From positions 148,490,001 through 148,554,000 of the forward strand of contig NC_082709.1 of NCBI RefSeq assembly GCF_030144855.1: a stretch of DNA of 64,000 nt, given 5' to 3'. The DNA comes from Hypanus sabinus (Eukaryota). Position 1 is the first letter of the stretch, and every line of letters begins with the position of its first letter. Position numbers and translations under genes: made by a program. The notes below the pieces were generated by a model. That model saw only the letters and a program-made list of their open reading frames with translations. It was not told the origin of the DNA and searched no databases. Positions 13,058 to 26,042 of the stretch are shown piece by piece.

Positions 13058-14624
13058 GTAACAAGTGCAACTATTTTAACAGATCCAATAGTTTTTCCTT
13101 CTTCATTATTCTCCCCCTTTTTTTGGTTCTGCTTGTGGAGATATCTCACCACATCTAAAAGAGTTCCATCTGAATTGTTTTCACACTTTCCCAGTTATAG
13201 TGAAGGATCTTTGACTTGGGAAAAATAACTTTCTCTTTCCACAGATGATGTCTGACTACCTAATGTTTCCAACATTTTGTATTTCAGTTTGGATTTCCAG
13301 CGATTGCAAATGTTTGCTTTGGATCTATCTTCATCTACATTTGACATCCGAGTTAAAAGAACTTTAGTTCTTTCTGTAAATACAATTAAGTTCTATTGAA
13401 GTATTTAATTGTCCATGAAGTACTTTGGCAAATTGTAAAGCCGCTGAGAGCTTTGCAGATGCATTTCTTCCTTTCTTTTCATTGTCCTTGCCATTGCAAC
13501 AGGATCATCAAACACCATAGTTTTTCCTCTCCAACTCTCTTATTTAATCTCATCTTTCAAAAGCTTTTGAATTTTAGCTGAACATGGAATAAATTAAGGT
13601 ATGCTTTGGATGAGCAAAAGTTTTCTTAGAATAATTTTAGTTTCTTAGATTCAAAATCCTTATATATATTTGAAAAACAGATGTTTCCTTTAGCATTCAA
13701 AAGCACAGAAGTGGGCCATTTGACACAGCTAGTCAATGTTGGGGATTTACCAGTTGGACTTACATATAGAGCGCAAAATGTAATCTAAGTTTCAATATGT
13801 GTTTAGCATAACTTCTCTATTTATGTCTCCGTAGAAGTAAATAAATACATAAGCTTAGTTCACTTTTTGACAAGATTATGACTTGAGCATTTGTATTGCA
13901 AAATCTCCTAGTCCTTCCACAAATAATCAGTCATCTCCCTTCAGGAGGAAATGAAAATGAATCATATATGGGTGGCAGAGCAATGGAGGGCTATGGTCTA
14001 GGTACAGGTCGATGCGACTAGGCAGATTAAATGGGTCAGCATGGACTAGATGGGCCAAAAGGACTGTTTTTGCTCTGTACTTTTCTATGACTATGTGTAG
14101 AAATTCACTTGTGCCAATTATATGCCTACTTTACAAGATGGTTTATATCCTGCTGCATTCCCCTCACTTGAGACCTAGCTCAATAGCATTGTGTCATCAC
14201 TGAACTTAACAATTATATTGATAACTCCAAAGTCAAAACACTCACTGTCTTGTCTTTCTCTACCCTTTACTGTTTATCTATTTGCTTCACATCCCCCTAA
14301 TTCCACATGCACTACTCTTTTAGTTTCAATGTTGGAACCATTTCAGAAGCTATTGAAGATCTAGATAACATACAACGATGGTGTTAGCCTTCTCTTCTAC
14401 ATTTTCAGTGAATCCATTGAGGTAGAATCTAATTCTGTGCTGTGACATTAGCACTGACAGGTGAGTCCTGGGCTGGAAGTCCTGCTCCTGCTCACTTAAG
14501 GAAGGTGAAGCATCTTCCATAGCCTCTGCTTTCCAGGTGTAGTCATTGCGACAGGACCACTGTTTAGCTTGACATGCAGGAGGTTACTCGTGTATAGCCC
14601 CTCCTACACTACTGTGCTCATAGC

Positions 14625-14990
14625 AACGCCTTCACATGGTGTCCCTGTTCTTACCTATGTCATGGCATGACAGAGTGTCCAGCAGTATAACTGGCTGGGC
14701 TCCTGAGCCTCGGTTGGCAGCCAGCCTAAGAGAAGGACAGCTATTGATTCCAAACCCGGGTAGGTTGGACTGGTTTCCCTTGCCAGGCAGTCTGTCTAGG
14801 AGAAGGAAAACTCCGATACTCGACCTACAGCCTTGTGGTCGTCGCAGTCACCGCAGCTCGCTGTGCCATTGTGGAATGTGCCCCAGCCTAAGAAGCAGAA
14901 TTGGTCCACGCACACCGATCCTCACTATAAACCCGCGCGATGCATGCAGGAAGAAAAGTCCTACAGCGACGGAGTTTTCCCTCCTGATCC
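14625..14990 (+). mobile_element. RTE-related 5' repeat fragment
   Basis: GC-richer island in the AT-rich intron with RTE-like 5' sequence (gccagcctaagagaaggacagct...caaaccc). Confidence 0.45.
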
Positions 14991-15198
14991 TGCTTGCAAA
15001 GAATCAGCCATCATCGTTCTTTCACCTCAATGTTCTTCCAAAGAGATTCCATGACTTTGCCTATCACTGAAATTAAACTAATAGGACTATTGTTGCCGGG
15101 ACATTCTCTACTTCCCTTTTCAAATATCACATTAGTCGAGCTAGCACTTAGGTCCTCTTTTTTAAACTAATGGTTATATTTGCATAATCATGTCTCTG

Positions 15199-15305
15199 GT
15201 TGACGTTTCGGGCCGAGACCCAGGACTTGGCCTGAAACGTCGACAGTGCTTCTCCTTATAGATGCTGCCTGGCCTGCTGTGTTCCACCAGCATTTTGTGT
15301 TTGTT
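15199..15305 (+). mobile_element. PLE tail with inverted hammerhead half at its 5' end
   Basis: gttgacgtttcgggccgagaccc (reverse complement of the hammerhead 3' half) is fused to ggcctgaaacgtcgacagtgcttctccttatagatgctgcc... Confidence 0.8.
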
Positions 15306-15769
15306 GAAGAAAAGGTCTTATTGGTATTGCAACTTTATTTATTGATGTTGGAGAACCTTCCATTGTTAGAATTTTTATCTGTTGACAATTTAATCCCTGC
15401 TGTTGTTTTGTCATCCTAATTGATTTTTTAAAAATTCTCTCCTGATGTTTTGTCATGCCCTCCCCTGCTGCTCATGTATATAATTTGACTCTTTCCATCT
15501 GCTAATTTATTTCCTCTTGCATCTTTGTTCATCAGTGGTGCTTCATTAAAATGTAGTTTCTTCTTGTTTTTTTCCAAGCAGTGTATATTTTCCTGGACTA
15601 ATTTAAATACTCCCCATTGTTGTGCTATCTTGTTCTTTGCTAATAATATTTTACATGTTTACGACTTGGTTCTATTCTTATCCCCTCGGCATTGTGTATT
15701 CTCCAGTCTTTATCTTGCCTATGTCCTCCATAATTATCTTAAAGAGCTTATAATGTCACTATTGCTTAA

Positions 15770-16025
15770 ATCACAAACAAGAGAAAATCTGCAAATGCTG
15801 GAAATTCAAGTTAAGGTTTTAAAAAATGGGGGTAGGGGAGAGAGAAACACAGCATGATAGGGTGAAACCTGACGGGGGAGAGATTACCTGCTGTTTCTCT
15901 TTTTCCCCCACACCCCCCACCTTTTTTAATCTACTCCTCCGCTTTTCCTCTCCAGTCCTGCCGAAGGGCTTTTTGCCCGAAACGTCGACTGTACTTTTTT
16001 CTGTAGATGCTGCCATTTTGTGTGT
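15770..16025 (+). mobile_element. PLE tail cassette, inverted then forward segments, with hammerhead core
   Basis: Antisense tail piece (acaagagaaaatctgcaaatgctggaaattc) then forward CAGTC-CTGCCGA-AGGGCTTTTTGCCC-GAAA-CGTC-GACTG at 15953-15991. Confidence 0.8.
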
Positions 16026-16549
16026 GTTGCTATTGCTGAAATGTTTACTTACTTTTACTTCTGTTTTCTCCTCATTCTGTATGGCGTGATCCAAGAGTGA
16101 ATCATTCAGAATTCTTACATTAAAAATTTTTTTTAAATACTGATAATATTCATCAAGACAAGGGACATCTGTGTAGAAATGAAAATAGAATCAATATTCC
16201 AGTCAAGACCTTTCATCACATCAGGAGAGGGTTAGAAAACAAGGCTTTAGGATGAAGACAGAGGAAAGCATATAAAGGAAGGTCTGTGATAGCAAAGATA
16301 TAAAGTTACTAGTGGGGTGATTGCACGAGTTGGAAGAGTGTTGGTCTTCTGGTGAAAAGGAGCCCTATAACTATTGTAGGAACTTGATTTCCCCTGCCGA
16401 GCTCTTTGGCCAGTGCTTCTAACAATTAATTTCAGGTAGCTGAAATCTCTTGCAATTATTCTAGTTTTCTTTTTAATCATCTTTTCTAATTTATTTACAG
16501 ACTGAAAATACATCAAATACTAGATTAACTTTTATTAGTGAGGTAGCTA

Positions 16550-16697
16550 TGTTCAAGATCCAAGATTGGTTAATGTAATTTCCTGTACATGTGTTAAAGG
16601 AGAATGAAATAATTGTTACTCTGGACCCTGTGTGGCACAAAAAAAACACACACACAAAAGATGAGGAACACAATAATAATTAAAAATACAATAAATA
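16550..16697 (-). mobile_element. Rex1/Babar-like LINE tail (left part of L1 host)
   Basis: Continues seamlessly into 22553-23640 once the L1 and one TSD copy are removed. Confidence 0.7.
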
Positions 16698-16832
16698 GGA
16701 CTTCCGGTGAGGCATGAGGCAAGATGGCAGCACAGCGCTGAGTGTGGACATATTACCCTCCTTTTCACGTTCTTTAGGGCTCATAGACGATCTTATTCCA
16801 AGTTTGAGTTGTAGAAAGATCTAAGTAAAGAC

Positions 16833-17719
16833 ATGACCTCAATAAAAGATCCAAATTCATCCAAGAAACAAGATACCAGCAGACGACACCAAGCTAGCAA
16901 TTCATCCGAGGAAATAGCTATGCTAATTTTGCAAACAATGACAACGGAGATGGAATCGCTGCAAGAAACGGGAGCCCACGTGCTAAAGGAGTCGCTGGAA
17001 AAGGCTCTCGACCCCATACAGAAGCATATGACAGAGAATGGCAACATTCTCCGGTCGTTAAAGGAGGACATTCGTGCTAAAAAATTTAGCCAACATTCAG
17101 GTTAGCTTACACAAGAATGAGAAAGGTATTAGCTCCTGTCTCGCAGAGGTGACTAAGATACAGAAGAAGTTAAACAACTTGGAGGATAGATCCAGGAGAA
17201 ACAATGTGCGGCTGGTCAACCTACCGACAGGCGCTGAGGACAACGATCCGAGAGGCTACCTCCAGGAGATGCTCCCTAATTGGATTCCAGCACTCAAGAA
17301 CTCCCACAGCACTCCATTGGAGATCCATAGAGCACATAGGATCTTTTCCAACAACACCTCAAGACCATGGTTTTTATGCTTCTACGGTACACTGACCGGC
17401 AGGCTATCCTGGAGGGCACGAGGAAAGCCAAACCTACTCTCCCTGATGGCACCCAGCTGCAGTTCTTCGCCAACTACAGCCCCGGAATGATGCAGGAACG
17501 GCAGGGATACGAGGAGTTTGCGATAAGCTTCGGCAGAAGGGGATCGACTTGTTCCTCTTATATCCAGCGATTTTGAGAGTGAATATCAAGGGAATGAAGA
17601 TGTCGTTTAACTCGGCAGAGGAAGCAAAAGAAGCCCTGAAATCATCGGTGCTAGGCGATAAGGAAGAAGACCCTGGGCAAAGTCCACAGTCCCCTCAGGA
17701 GGAGACGGAACTGCATTAA
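16833..17719 (+). pseudogene. L1 ORF1 (coiled-coil + RRM), frameshifted
   Basis: LEDRSRRNNVRLVNLP...LEIHRAHR motifs split across ORFs 16833, 17074 and 17367. Confidence 0.85.
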
Positions 17720-18713
17720 GAGCTTGGACCAGCCTGTATGCGCAATCTAACAGGCACGGGCAAGTTAGCACCCTAGGTGTAGAGTTTTCTGGTTATTCTT
17801 TTATTGGAAAGTCATTCAATGCTCTTTTGTATTCAGATAATTATAGGGTCAGTTTGTTTCTGAGTATTGCAGGTCAGAGTTTTAAAGCAATGGCTCAGTT
17901 AACTTGTTAGTACAAGGATAACATAGTAATGTGATATAAGTCCATCTAGAATATATTTTTTATCTTTTACTTTCTAAGGTGATATTCAACACACCCAAAT
18001 GTCATACTTCATCAAGAAGGAAGCTGAAAAACAGCAGTTTGTTCTGAATAACTTTAGTTGTACTTGTTCATTTTGGGTTATGTCTCCAGGAGACTTGTTT
18101 ACACTCTTAGATGCCAGATAAGACGTCCCTAGCGTCATCACTAAGCGATGGTCTATTAAAGCAGCAGTCTCCTGCAGAGAGCTGTTGGGGTCCTGATTAT
18201 GTGTTATGCTGTAGCGGTGTGCTACACGCAGCGCTAAAATTACGACACGGAGTCGGTAACTGCAGTCGAAGGAAAAACTTTATTCGAAATCCTCAGCCTC
18301 ACTTTTAAGCCTCTCTCGACCTGTCCCCCGTGGCACAGAGGCTCCAAAGCTCTGTGCTCGCAAACCCCCGTAGGCTATCTAATTGTGAGCCGGTTCGGAT
18401 GTGCCAGGAAATGGGTCGCCACAATGCTATATTTGAGGCAGGAATGGTTTTAATTATATGGGTTAATGGGTTTTTTTTCTTGTCTCTTTGATATGATTGT
18501 CTATGAGAACCGATTTATTTTTCTGATGTGTTGGTGCTTGAGGGGGGCGGTTAATATTCAGTGTCTGACATTGCTAAGTGACACTCACAGATGTTACAAA
18601 GTAAAGGGTTGAATGGGAGGGGTGATGGAAAGGGGGGTGGGAAGGGGGTAACTCAAGGGCTCCACCACCAACTTACAATAACAGATCCAGGGGAAGGTGA
18701 ACAACACAGATAA

Positions 18714-21700
18714 ATGAGAAAATCCTACTATTGGTTCATTTAATGTTAGAGGACTAAGCTCTCCCTACAAGTGTTCAAAGGTTCTAGATTTCTTACGCAG
18801 TAAGAAAATAGATATCGCGCTGTTACAGGAAGCACATCTTAAACCTAATGACATTCCCAGGGTTCAAAACCACTTTTATAAACCTGTTGTGGCATCAGCT
18901 GATGGTACTTATACGAAAGGAGTTATGATATTAATAAAACGTAGTGTTAATGTATCAATTGAAAGGACTGGCTCCGACAATGAAGGACGTCTAGCTTTTT
19001 GCTCTACATCCACTCAGGGTAAAAAAGTTGCATTTATTAGCCTATATGCCCCAACTATATTCAAGGCTGAATTTTTTCCCTCAATTTCCTCACAATTACT
19101 GAAGTTAAGTGACTACCAACTATATGTTGGTTCGGACATGAATGCTTTGGTAAACAATAACCTTGATAAATCTTCCTCAACTATAACAAGCTTTCAAGAA
19201 TCTGCTTCCAAAGCACTTAACCTCTTTCTAATGGAGTTACAGTAAATTTAACTGATGTGTGGAGGGTGCATAATCCATCTGCTAAAGACTATAACTTCTT
19301 CTCCACAAGACATAAAACTTTCCCTCGGATAGATTACATTCTCATAACCTCTCGTTTGCTGCCTTAGGTACACTCAATAGAATCTATCTGATCACAACCC
19401 AGTCATATCTACATTTAATTATGGCAAAATCAAAAATAAGGCTACTAGGTGGAGGTTTAACTCCACCCTTCTAAAAAAACGACGAATTTCTAACACAACT
19501 GAGAACAAAACTGATGGAATTTATAAATTTAAATAAAATAGTGTCTCGGATGTGACAGTGGTTTGGGCCTCTATCAAGGGTTTCTTACAAAATAATGCAA
19601 TATGGTTCAGTGCCCATCTACATAAAAGCCGGCTTCAAAAGATTTCCACCCTAGAAGAACAATGTAAGGTTTTGGAGAATGATCTCAAAAGGAGATACAC
19701 CATAACAAAAGAAAACGAGCTCAGAACAAAACAAGCAGAATTAGATGACTTACTAAGAAGCAGGGCAGAATATATGATCCATATAAGCAAACATAAGTAT
19801 TATGCAGAAGGCAGCAGACCGTGCCATTTTTTGGCACTAACGCTCAAACAACAGGAAGCTGAAAGGTCTATACCAGCGATTAGATGTGCTAAACATGGAG
19901 TGGTATCTTCAACAGAGGAAATAAATGAGACATTCAAGAATTACTTTAAGGAACTGTGTACAAGTGACTCAGTTCTTTCTGAGAATGACTTCTCTGGTTT
20001 TTTTTAGTGGTTTAGAACTCCCTACATTGTCATTAGAGGACACAAAATCTCTAGACTCTCCTATTACACTGGATGAGCTACTCAAAGCAGTCAAAGCAAC
20101 AAATAAGGGCCGTACACCAGGTATAGATGGCATACCTGTGGAACTTTACCTAGCACTTTGGGATATTCTTGGACCAGTATGGATAGAAGCGTTAAATTAT
20201 GCTATTGGAAATGGCGCTTTAAACACAGCCCTGCTCACAGTTATACCTAAGCCCAGTAAGGACCCGTTGGAGTGTGCCAGTCACGGTCCAATCTCCTTGA
20301 TAAATGCTGACCTCAAGATATTTTCCAAAGTCTTAGCCAGAAGACTCGAGACAATAGCTGGGAAAATAATTAACCAGATCAAACGGGTTTTATCAGGGGA
20401 CATCTCGCATCTGATAATATTCACCGGCTCTTACACATACTGAGTGCAACACATAAAATCCCACCCTCCTGTGGCCTGCTATTTCTAGATACTGAAAAAG
20501 CGTTTGATTGCCTTGAATGGCCATATCTTTGGAGAGTTCAAAAAGAATTTAAGTTTGGCAATAGAATTATGAATATGATTCAAAACTGTATGCTAATCCC
20601 TAAGCCCAGGTATGCATGAGAGGAGGTTTCTCAGAGTTATTTGACATAGGATGAGGCACGTGACAAGGGGACCCTCTGTCTCCTTTAATTTTTACTATAT
20701 CCATTGAACTGCTTGCACATTTAATTAGAAACTCTCCTCAGATCTCCCCTATTACAATAGGTACAACATCACACTCAATATCACTTTATGTGAACGACGC
20801 ACTAGTTAATATGGCAAATGTTCAACAAACTCTCCCCTATGTTTTAAAAACACTGGAGGAATTTGGATTTCTTTCAGGATACAAAGTTAATTTGTCAGAA
20901 TCAGCACTGATGTTGATTTATACAGATAAAAGTCAGGTGTCTCTCCCTTCCCAGATTAATGTTACAAATGAGGTCCTCTACTTGGGTATTAAAGTTAATA
21001 CTTCCATATCATCTGCGGCTAAAACAAATTACTCTTTAATTTTGAAAAAAATAGAAGAAGATATTAATAGATGGAGACACCTGCCAGCATCAGTCCCAGC
21101 CCGTATATCGGTCATTAAAATGAACATCTTACCCCGCATTAATTTTATCAGCTCAATGATCCCACTTGCGCCTCCAGCAGGACATTGGCAAAAACTGGAC
21201 TCCTCACTACGATGCTGTGTTTGGAACGGTAAACTGTAAAGTGGTAAAATATAGTGGTCAGCTCTACAATTCAAAAAGTTGGATGGAGGATTGGCCTGTC
21301 CAAATTTTAAATTGTATCACTGGGCATTCATATTTAAAAATCTTAGCTAACGGATGGAGGAAGATAAAGTTTCATCATGGAAAAATATAGAACAAGAGTG
21401 AATAGCACCAATAAGGCTGAAGGACTTTCTCCTTATAGGTACGTCTACTAAAAATTGTGATTTGTATTACGGTCCAATTTTAACCCATATGCTACAAGTC
21501 TTTAGAGCAGCAGAAACATTCCTAAAATTTAAAAGCATACGATGCAAATCATCTCCATTATGGAATAATAATTATTTTCTATCTGGGGGAAACCATTCAC
21601 TAACAGAACTTGGTAGGATAAAGGTATTACTACTCTTCAAGATATTAATGGGGCAAGTACTATCCTTAGCTTTCAAGAACTGGTATCTCGATATAATATT

Positions 21701-22360
21701 GATAAACACTCTCTTCTCTTCTACTTTAGAGTAAGATCAGCTTGTAAAGCCTACGGGGTTCCCTGGGGGGCAGATTTAAAGGACCATCCCATTTTAAGTT
21801 GGATACAGAGTGTTCCATGACAGATAGTGTAATATATCTATGATAAATTAAACTCCCAGAAATATATGTCCACATCAGAAATGAAAGCCTGGGATAGGGA
21901 CATATCTGAATTGGGACAAGACTTAGACTGGGATGCGATTTGGGATAACGCTGCCAGTGCTTCGAAAAACCCAAATCATTGGTATATACACTTGAAATTT
22001 TGTCATAGGGCATATCTTACACCGAGAATTAGACATCAAATGGGACTGGTTCCTGACCCATATTGCTCATTTTGCCCCCCACGGAACCATTGGCTCTTTT
22101 ATACATGTTATTTGGGAATGTCCAGGGGTTTTTTGGTTTGTGGGGATACAATTACCAATGGACCCTGCTGTACATCTTCTAAGTGATGACTCACACCTTT
22201 CCCTTATGGAAAAAACACGCAAAGTCTGGCTGGCAGGCCTGACTGCAGTTAAGAAGATTGTCGTCCAGCGTTGGAAACTGCCTCATGATATTTCAAGTAC
22301 TCACTGGCTTCAGAGATTTTTGGACATTTCTTACCTGAAACTATCATCAGCAAGAGTAAA
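18714..22360 (+). pseudogene. L1 ORF2 (APE endonuclease, RT, C-terminal Cys domain), many stops and frameshifts
   Basis: IGSFNVRGL..LLQEAHL (APE); TPGIDGIP, PISLINADLKIFSKVLARR (RT); KFCHRAYLTP...PYCSFC at the C-terminus. Confidence 0.88.
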
Positions 22361-22552
22361 TGATGCAGTTGGTGGAGGGGAGAGGGATGGGGGAGGAAGA
22401 GAGAAGAGGGGTGGAGAGGGGGTTGGGGATGAGGATTAGGGGTGGAGGGGGATGGCGATGAGGGGGTGGCTGGGTTAAGCAGTCAAAATGTAATCAGCAA
22501 CTGGTTGTATTTTGCTGGTGTAATTTGTTGGTGTTGCAATAGAAATTAGTGA

Positions 22553-23640
22553 TAAAAATACAATAAATATAGATACAAAAGATAGCTTATACACATAGAC
22601 TGTACGTATGCCTGTAAAGTGACGCTAGACTGTATGAAAAGTGACTGACAGGAAATAGGAATGTGATGGTGGAGTTAGTGGGTGCAAGTGTTGATCAGTC
22701 TTGCTGCTTTAGGAAAGTAACTTTTTGAGCCTGTTGGTCCTGGTGTGGATGTTACTTAGACTCCTCTCTGATGGGAGTTGGACAAAGAGTCCACGAGCAG
22801 GGTGAGTGGGATCCTTCCTGATGTTACTGGCCCTCTTCTGGCACCTTTCTGTATACCTGTCCTTGATTGTGAGTATGCTGGTGGCTGTCGTGGAGCCTTC
22901 CTGTCTGCTGCAGTACCGAGTAGTGAGGCAGCTTGTCAGCATGCTCTTACTGTCGCATGGCGTGAGTAAAGACGTGCACAGTCCAGCTCCCTTCGGCCTC
23001 TTGAGAAAGTAGAGTTTTCCGGTGAGTTTTCATGCTCTGGGACAATGAGAGGTTGTGTGAGATGTACACTCTCAGGAGTTGGAAACTGCTTGCAGTTTCT
23101 GGCGCTGTGTCACCGATGTAAAGGGGTGCGAGAGCTCTCCTGAAACTGATAACCAACTCCTTAGTCTTGTTGACATTAAGGAAGAGGCTATTTGACTAGC
23201 ACTGGGCCCTGAGCTCTTCAGCCTCTGCTCTGGGCTGTCTTGTTGTTGGTGATGAGCCTCTGCACTGGCGTGTCAGCAGTGAACTTGGTGATGTGATTGC
23301 TCAGGCATTGGGCTGTGCAGTGATATGGAAGCAGAATGTACAGCAATGCCCCTGGGGGGCATCTGTATTGTGGATGATGGGAAGGAAGGAGTGGTTGTGC
23401 ATCCTGACCACGTGAGCTCTGTTCATTAGGCAGTCCAAAACTCAGTTGCACAGTGGTGTATTTAGACCAAGAAGTAGGAGTTTGTTCTCCAAGGTCGGTG
23501 GGACAATAGTGTTGAATGCTGCAGGAAAGCTTGTTTACTAGCTGTGTCAGGGCCAGTTGTATGACAGATGCTGGTGCCAATATCAGTTACCATGTACCAA
23601 TATTGAAGTACTGTCAACATTGATAAAGCCTTGGGGCTCC
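22553..23640 (-). mobile_element. Rex1/Babar-like LINE fragment (right part of L1 host)
   Basis: RYTERCQKRASNIRKDPTHPARGLFVQLPS; upstream RT-like HITKFTADTPVQRLITNN. Confidence 0.8.
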
Positions 23641-24305
23641 AGACACATGAAACAAGACCTGGTGTTCTCACAGGCTTTTGACATGTAATGTAATTGCTTC
23701 TTACATAATTCCCTTTGAAATGCACATAATCATTCAGAGAGCTCTTTATTCCATCTAATGCTTCATTATTCAGTAGTTTCCTTTTGCTTTAAACATCTCA
23801 CTGAGCCTGCTCTATTTAGTACGATAGAATGGGATCATTAGCATTACAAATGTGGTCATTTGTTGGGATAGCAGTATATGAAGAGTATTTCTATTGTACA
23901 CTACAGCTGAGTGGAAAGGTGTGAAGCTTTCTGTTAGCCTTTAGATGATCTCTGAGTAATGCAGCTTGGTTTTGCAATATGGTTAGTTAGATGAAGTGGA
24001 AACTTGCCTGCTGATGAGTCAGTGATCTTGTGGTGTTCTACCACTTTGAGTCTTCTGAAGAACTGTACCCAACTGACCTTGTAGTTTTACGCTTCGGGAA
24101 GGAGCAGGCTTACCTGTGAGTGGGGCAAGATCCACATTAAAGGAATTTGCAAGGGGTTTGTAAAACAAATATAAACTGCTTCTCTGGTAGCTGCCTAGGG
24201 AAATCTGGCTTACCTGTCATATTGAGTCCTTGAAGTAAAACAGCTGAGTTCACCTGACTTGTTATTCTGAGAGACATTCTTTGAATCTGATCCCACCATA
24301 GCTTT

Positions 24306-25185
24306 ATAGAACATAGAAAAGTACAGCACATTACAGACCCTTCGGCCCACAATGTTGTGCCGACCCTCAAACCCTGCCTCCCATATAACCCCCCACCTTA
24401 AATTCCTCCATATACCTTGTCTAGTAGTCTCTTAAATTTCACTAGTGTATCTGCCTCCACCACTGACTCAGGCAGTGCATTCCATGCACCAACCACTCTC
24501 TGAGTGAAAAACCTTCCTCTAATATCCCCCTTGAACTTCCCTCCCCTTACCTTAAAGCCATATCATCTTGTACTCAGCAGTGGTGCCCTGGGGAAGAGGC
24601 GCTGGCTGTCCACTCTGTCTATTCCTCTTAATATCTTGTACACCTCTATCATGTCTCCTCTCATCCTCCTTCTCTCCAAAGAGTAAAGCCCTATCTCCCT
24701 TAATCTCTGATCATAATCCATACTCTCTAAACCAGGCAGCATCCTGGTAAATCTCCTCTATACCCTTTCCAATGCTTCCACATCCTTCCTATAGTGAGGC
24801 GACCAGAACTGGACACAGTACTCCATGTGGCCTAACTAGAGTTTTATAGAGCTGCATCATTACATCACGTCTCTTAAACTCTATCCCTCGACTTATGAAA
24901 GTTAACACCCCATAAGCTTTCTTAACTACCCTATCTACCAGTGAGGCAGCTTTCAGGGATCTGTGGACATGTACCCCCAGATCTCTGTGCTCCTCCACAC
25001 TACCAAGTATCCTGCTATTTACTTTGTACTCTGCCTTGGAGTTTGTCCTTCCAAAGTGTACCACCTCACACTTCTCTGGGTTGAACTCCGTCTGCCACTT
25101 CTCAGCCCACTTCTGCATCCTATCAATGTCTCTCTGCAATCTTCGACAATCCTCTACACTATCTACACCACCACCAACCCTTGCT
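24306..25185 (-). mobile_element. CR1 LINE 3' fragment
   Basis: Minus-strand LQRDIDRMQKWAEKWQTEFNPEKCEVVHFG...LYKTLVRPH. Confidence 0.9.
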
Positions 25186-26042
25186 GCTGGGAAACACATT
25201 GGGTCACTTACTCTTGAGAATAGTATTTGGCTGTCTGGACATTATGGCACCAGTGATTCACCAATGTTGCTTAGGTGACTTTTTTTTGTTCAGGATGTTA
25301 CCGGCTAGGTCAATATTTATTGTCCTGTCCGAACCTCCCTTGAGAAGTTGGTGCAGCCCTTCTGGTGAAGGTACTCCCATGTGTTGTGTAAGCCAAAGTT
25401 ATCAGAGCTATTGAATCCACCTTGCAGTTGGAAATGTCTTTTCTTTACCCTCTATCTCCGTGCAAAACAATTCCAGAAGGCCCAGGATGGGACTAGTGGG
25501 TTTGTGGACACAAAGACCAGATGTGAAGGCACAGTTCGGCATTAGAATGAAGGTGGGGGTGGGTAATAGGTCATCTCCTGGCATTGGGCACAGTTGAGGC
25601 CTGTGAAGGCTCGGCATTTGATTGCATTGACTATCAGAGTCAGACGGTCAGTGAGTGGGGATTGGAATTTCCAGTTATTGAATTGGGGGAAATTAGTTCA
25701 AGTGATTGATGGATGAGCAGATGGGTGATGAAAGGAATGCGGGGGTGAGCTGGCAGAACAGAAATCCCAAAAGAGGTTAGATAACTTCAACTCCTGAAAA
25801 CATTCTGATCATTTTGTACTGCTCGCCTCAAGTTCAGGGGGAAGCTTCTATTACGTGATCAGTGTCTGTCAAAGTTTAAGGCTGTTGAGGGTCTAAGTGG
25901 AATTGTGGATAAAATTTTCAGGGGCACGTGTGCACACTTTTGACAAGGACACAGAGGGCCAGTTCTCTTGGCCAACCGTTGCTTTCTAATCCTCTTTCTT
26001 CCTCTGCCTCCATCTGATGGGATGCCTTACACACACAGTCAG

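Larger units (their letters stand above)
16698..22552 (+). mobile_element. Near full-length L1-clade LINE (~5.85 kb), inactive, sense to CD101
   Basis: 17-bp TSD TAAAAATACAATAAATA at 16681-16697 and 22553-22569. 5'UTR with AAGATGGC, then ORF1, ~1-kb spacer, ORF2, and a G-rich 3'UTR. Confidence 0.93.
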
